From: Asterias rubens
Taxonomy: Eukaryota
Reading direction: 5' to 3'
Assembly: GCF_902459465.1 (NCBI RefSeq)
Contig: NC_047068.1
Coordinates: 16,430,001 to 16,494,000 of the forward strand
DNA length: 64,000 nucleotides
Numbering within the stretch: the first letter of the stretch is position 1; each line of letters starts with the position of its first letter. A program made the position numbers and the translations under genes. The notes beneath the pieces were generated by a model. That model saw only the letters and a list, made by a program, of their open reading frames with translations, did not search any database and was not told where the DNA came from. Shown here in pieces: positions 61,167 through 64,000 of the stretch.

Positions 61167-64000
61167 ACCCCCCGTGTACAGTACCGCCAGTTTGTATATT
61201 TGTAAATAGTTCATATATTTTGGTACAATTACCACACCAACTGTACCTTTTTGATCTGCAGTTGTAAATAACAAATTTGGTTATTTATCATGTTTTGAGG
61301 GCATTGGTATGATAGAAGCTGCCCTGTTTCATTCTTTTAAAAAATAAATGCAATATTGTTTAAATGTTGCTCGCCAGAAATTGAAACCAAAAATTTTGTT
61401 TTGGTTTTGTTTAATTTTTATAAAGAGTTTAGGTAGTATACTCCATTGGTACTTGCCCAAAATTTGTTATGATTTTTATGAAATGTTTGTATTGGGTGTT
61501 CATTTATTCAAGTGAGGCAGACTGTGGCGTTTCGTGGCCGAGCGGTCAATCGCACCAGACCAAAACTCTGGTGTTTCTGATCGTCAGAGTGTGGGTTCAG
61601 GTCTTGGTCTTGACACTTGAGTCAATAAGCAAGACACTTAACCATTGTTGCTTCTTCCTTCGGATGGGACATAAAGCTGTTGATCCCATGTGAAAGAACC
61701 AAGTGCAATTATCTTTTAGAGAAGGGGGTTTAGCCATGACACCCCCACTTGTCATCTTGTGAACATTGTCTCTGTGCCACAATGTACACCCTCTTTGACC
61801 ATGATAGGGCCTACCCTTTGCTTCTGCATGAAACATTTCTCAGATTGAACATCCATTTTTTTAAATCCCTTTCTCTGAAACCTCATGCCTTTATGAAAGA
61901 AGGGAATCTTTTCTCAACATGTTATAAATTGAGCAGCTGCAGTGCTTTGTACCAGGAAGAATAATTCTCAAAAGGTACACCTTCCCTTTAACACATAAAG
62001 TGATAACAAGCATTCAATGTTTAAAGGAACATTACAGACTTGGTAAGAAATTTTTTTTCTAAGATCACAGATTTACATAAAACTTATACGGTCCAATGAT
62101 GATGACAAGCCACTCTTGAAATATTTTTGTCTGAAAATAAAACCAATTTCCCGTTTGGAGTTTATCGCTCAATGAGTGTTTCATTCATTTTTTTTTATGG
62201 ATGTCATAAAAAATATGTAATCGGTTTGTCACGATTTTCTTGTGACCCAGGTGGCTGATTGATTTCAAAACTTTCACAAGTTTGTCAGTTTATGAGTGTT
62301 TTACTCTGCCAAAAACCGTTTTGTTTGTTGGCAAAACCCAATTCTGTAATTTTCCCAAACCATTTGGAATCTTTCTGAGTAAATGAATCAATTATTAGTT
62401 TTTCTTCCAATTTTCCCAAAGTAAGTTTTCCATTCAAATTTCCCCAACTAATACAAGTATTTGTGCAAGGTTCACGTGCAAATATCATGAAGAAGTGTAG
62501 AACATTCTAGGTTATGTTAAAGCATTTTGACAGTGTCTAATTAACTCAACAAAATAATTTGATAATTTTGGTTGATCCATAAGTACATGTATGAAGTGCA
62601 AATTAATCAGCTAACATATATTAAGTTTTAGGTAAACAATAAAACCATGACCTGATGAATTCTAAAAACTTTTAGGTTAGTAGCATAAAATTGTCCAAAC
62701 CTGAGACTCAAACACTGGCCATTCAGTGTGTGGTTTATATAGCAATATTTATGCAACTTTGGAAGCTCCCTTATACCAGGGCCCAATTTTACAGAGCTGC
62801 TTAAGCACAACAAAATATGTTTAACAGAATAAGGTTACCAGCTAAACAAATGACCAAATGGACAATTTGGGACTGGTACCCTGCTCATTTCTGCTAAGTA
62901 GAAAGTTGTTAAGCAATTTGTTCTGCTTAAAAATCTCTATGAAATTAGACCCTGTTGTTAGTGATGTTGTAGCCTACACTTTTTTCCATATTGAATTGAG
63001 TTTTACTAAAATTGATTTTGTTCCATTAATGAATTATTCAAGTTTGAACACTTAAATTGCATGAAAGATTGTGATTTCTTGTTTTCCTTGCCGATAAATC
63101 TGTCGGTATCCGGTGGTTTTGATTAATAAGGCAACACAAGGCTCAAGTTGTCAGGAATTTTGTTAAAAGATCCGGAAATAACACATGTAGTTTCAAAGGG
63201 GATACATCAAATCAAATCAAATCAAATCAATCAACATTTATTTACATACAAACACAATATACAAATACAAACAAAAGGATTTTACAAGACCGCAAACTGT
63301 ATGGAGGCATGGCCCATTAAAGCAAAGCTTGTAGGCTGGGATGTCTTTTACAAAACAACGGATACGCATTCTGCAGGGCTTGAGTTTGGGAAGAAATCTA
63401 CAAAACCGAATAGCTTGTTCAAAAGGTTTAATGTCCTAGAATTGCTCTAACAAGACCAGAACAGTTGAAGATGCATACTGTTTTTAATTAAACAAACACT
63501 ATGACATACGGTATAAGAAAAAGTTATCTCATTTGTCTTTATGGATAGACATACTTCATTACTCAATAGAATTGAAAGGTGTTTATTAGACTCAAAGTCA
63601 ACATTTGAACATAACTTGTTTCTGTTTAAGATAGCAAACGCTGGTTTTATTATTCAATTGATAAACACAAGAATAAAGCTGTCGATTTCACCAAACTCAT
63701 CCTAATTTAGGATTAATCTTAGCACTTAGGACGAGTCCCAGTCTTGCCCTGTAACATGTAAACATTAAGCTGGATTGTCCATTGTCAAGTTTAAAGGAAC
63801 ATGTTGACTCTGATCAGTCGAGTTGGTCTTTAAAAAAGCGTTTGAAGCCATTTGTTATGAAATGCAAAAGGTTAGATAGATATTTTTAAAGTAGAATAGA
63901 ATGATCCACAAAAACATGCCTCGAAATTGCACGGTGGTCTTTTTACGGCGCGACGAAACACGGTCGGCCATTTTGCGGAGTCAAAATTTTGACTCCATAA

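Overview
AT-rich, intron-rich animal genomic DNA, most likely from an echinoderm such as a sea star. That assignment is inference from gene similarity and repeat content. Four spliced protein-coding genes lie in two head-to-head pairs. (1) EXOC7/Exo70 on the minus strand has 21 coding exons from 31317 down to 1902; its last exon lies outside the window. It faces a G-alpha 12/13 gene on the plus strand (3 exons, 32734-39630). (2) ATPAF2/ATP12 on the minus strand (6 exons, 56585-52197) faces GID4 on the plus strand (5 exons, 56949-61166), with only 363 bp between start codons. The same pair is head-to-head in human. All exon chains were rebuilt by hand and have consistent GT-AG sites and phases. 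Introns and spacers contain tRNA-derived SINEs, TTAA-flanked Kolobok-like MITEs and other MITEs, several of them nested. The most notable observations are: a synonymously diverged duplicate of EXOC7 exon 20 inside an anomalous 13.9-kb intron (candidate mutually exclusive exon); a possible nested gene in that intron; a GID4 whose own N-terminus (P-G-I after Met removal) resembles the Pro/N-degron GID4 recognises; a duplicated 5' splice site; a 16-bp minisatellite; a foldback hairpin; and an EF-hand exon relic. No rRNA, true tRNA, CRISPR array or autonomous transposase gene could be supported.
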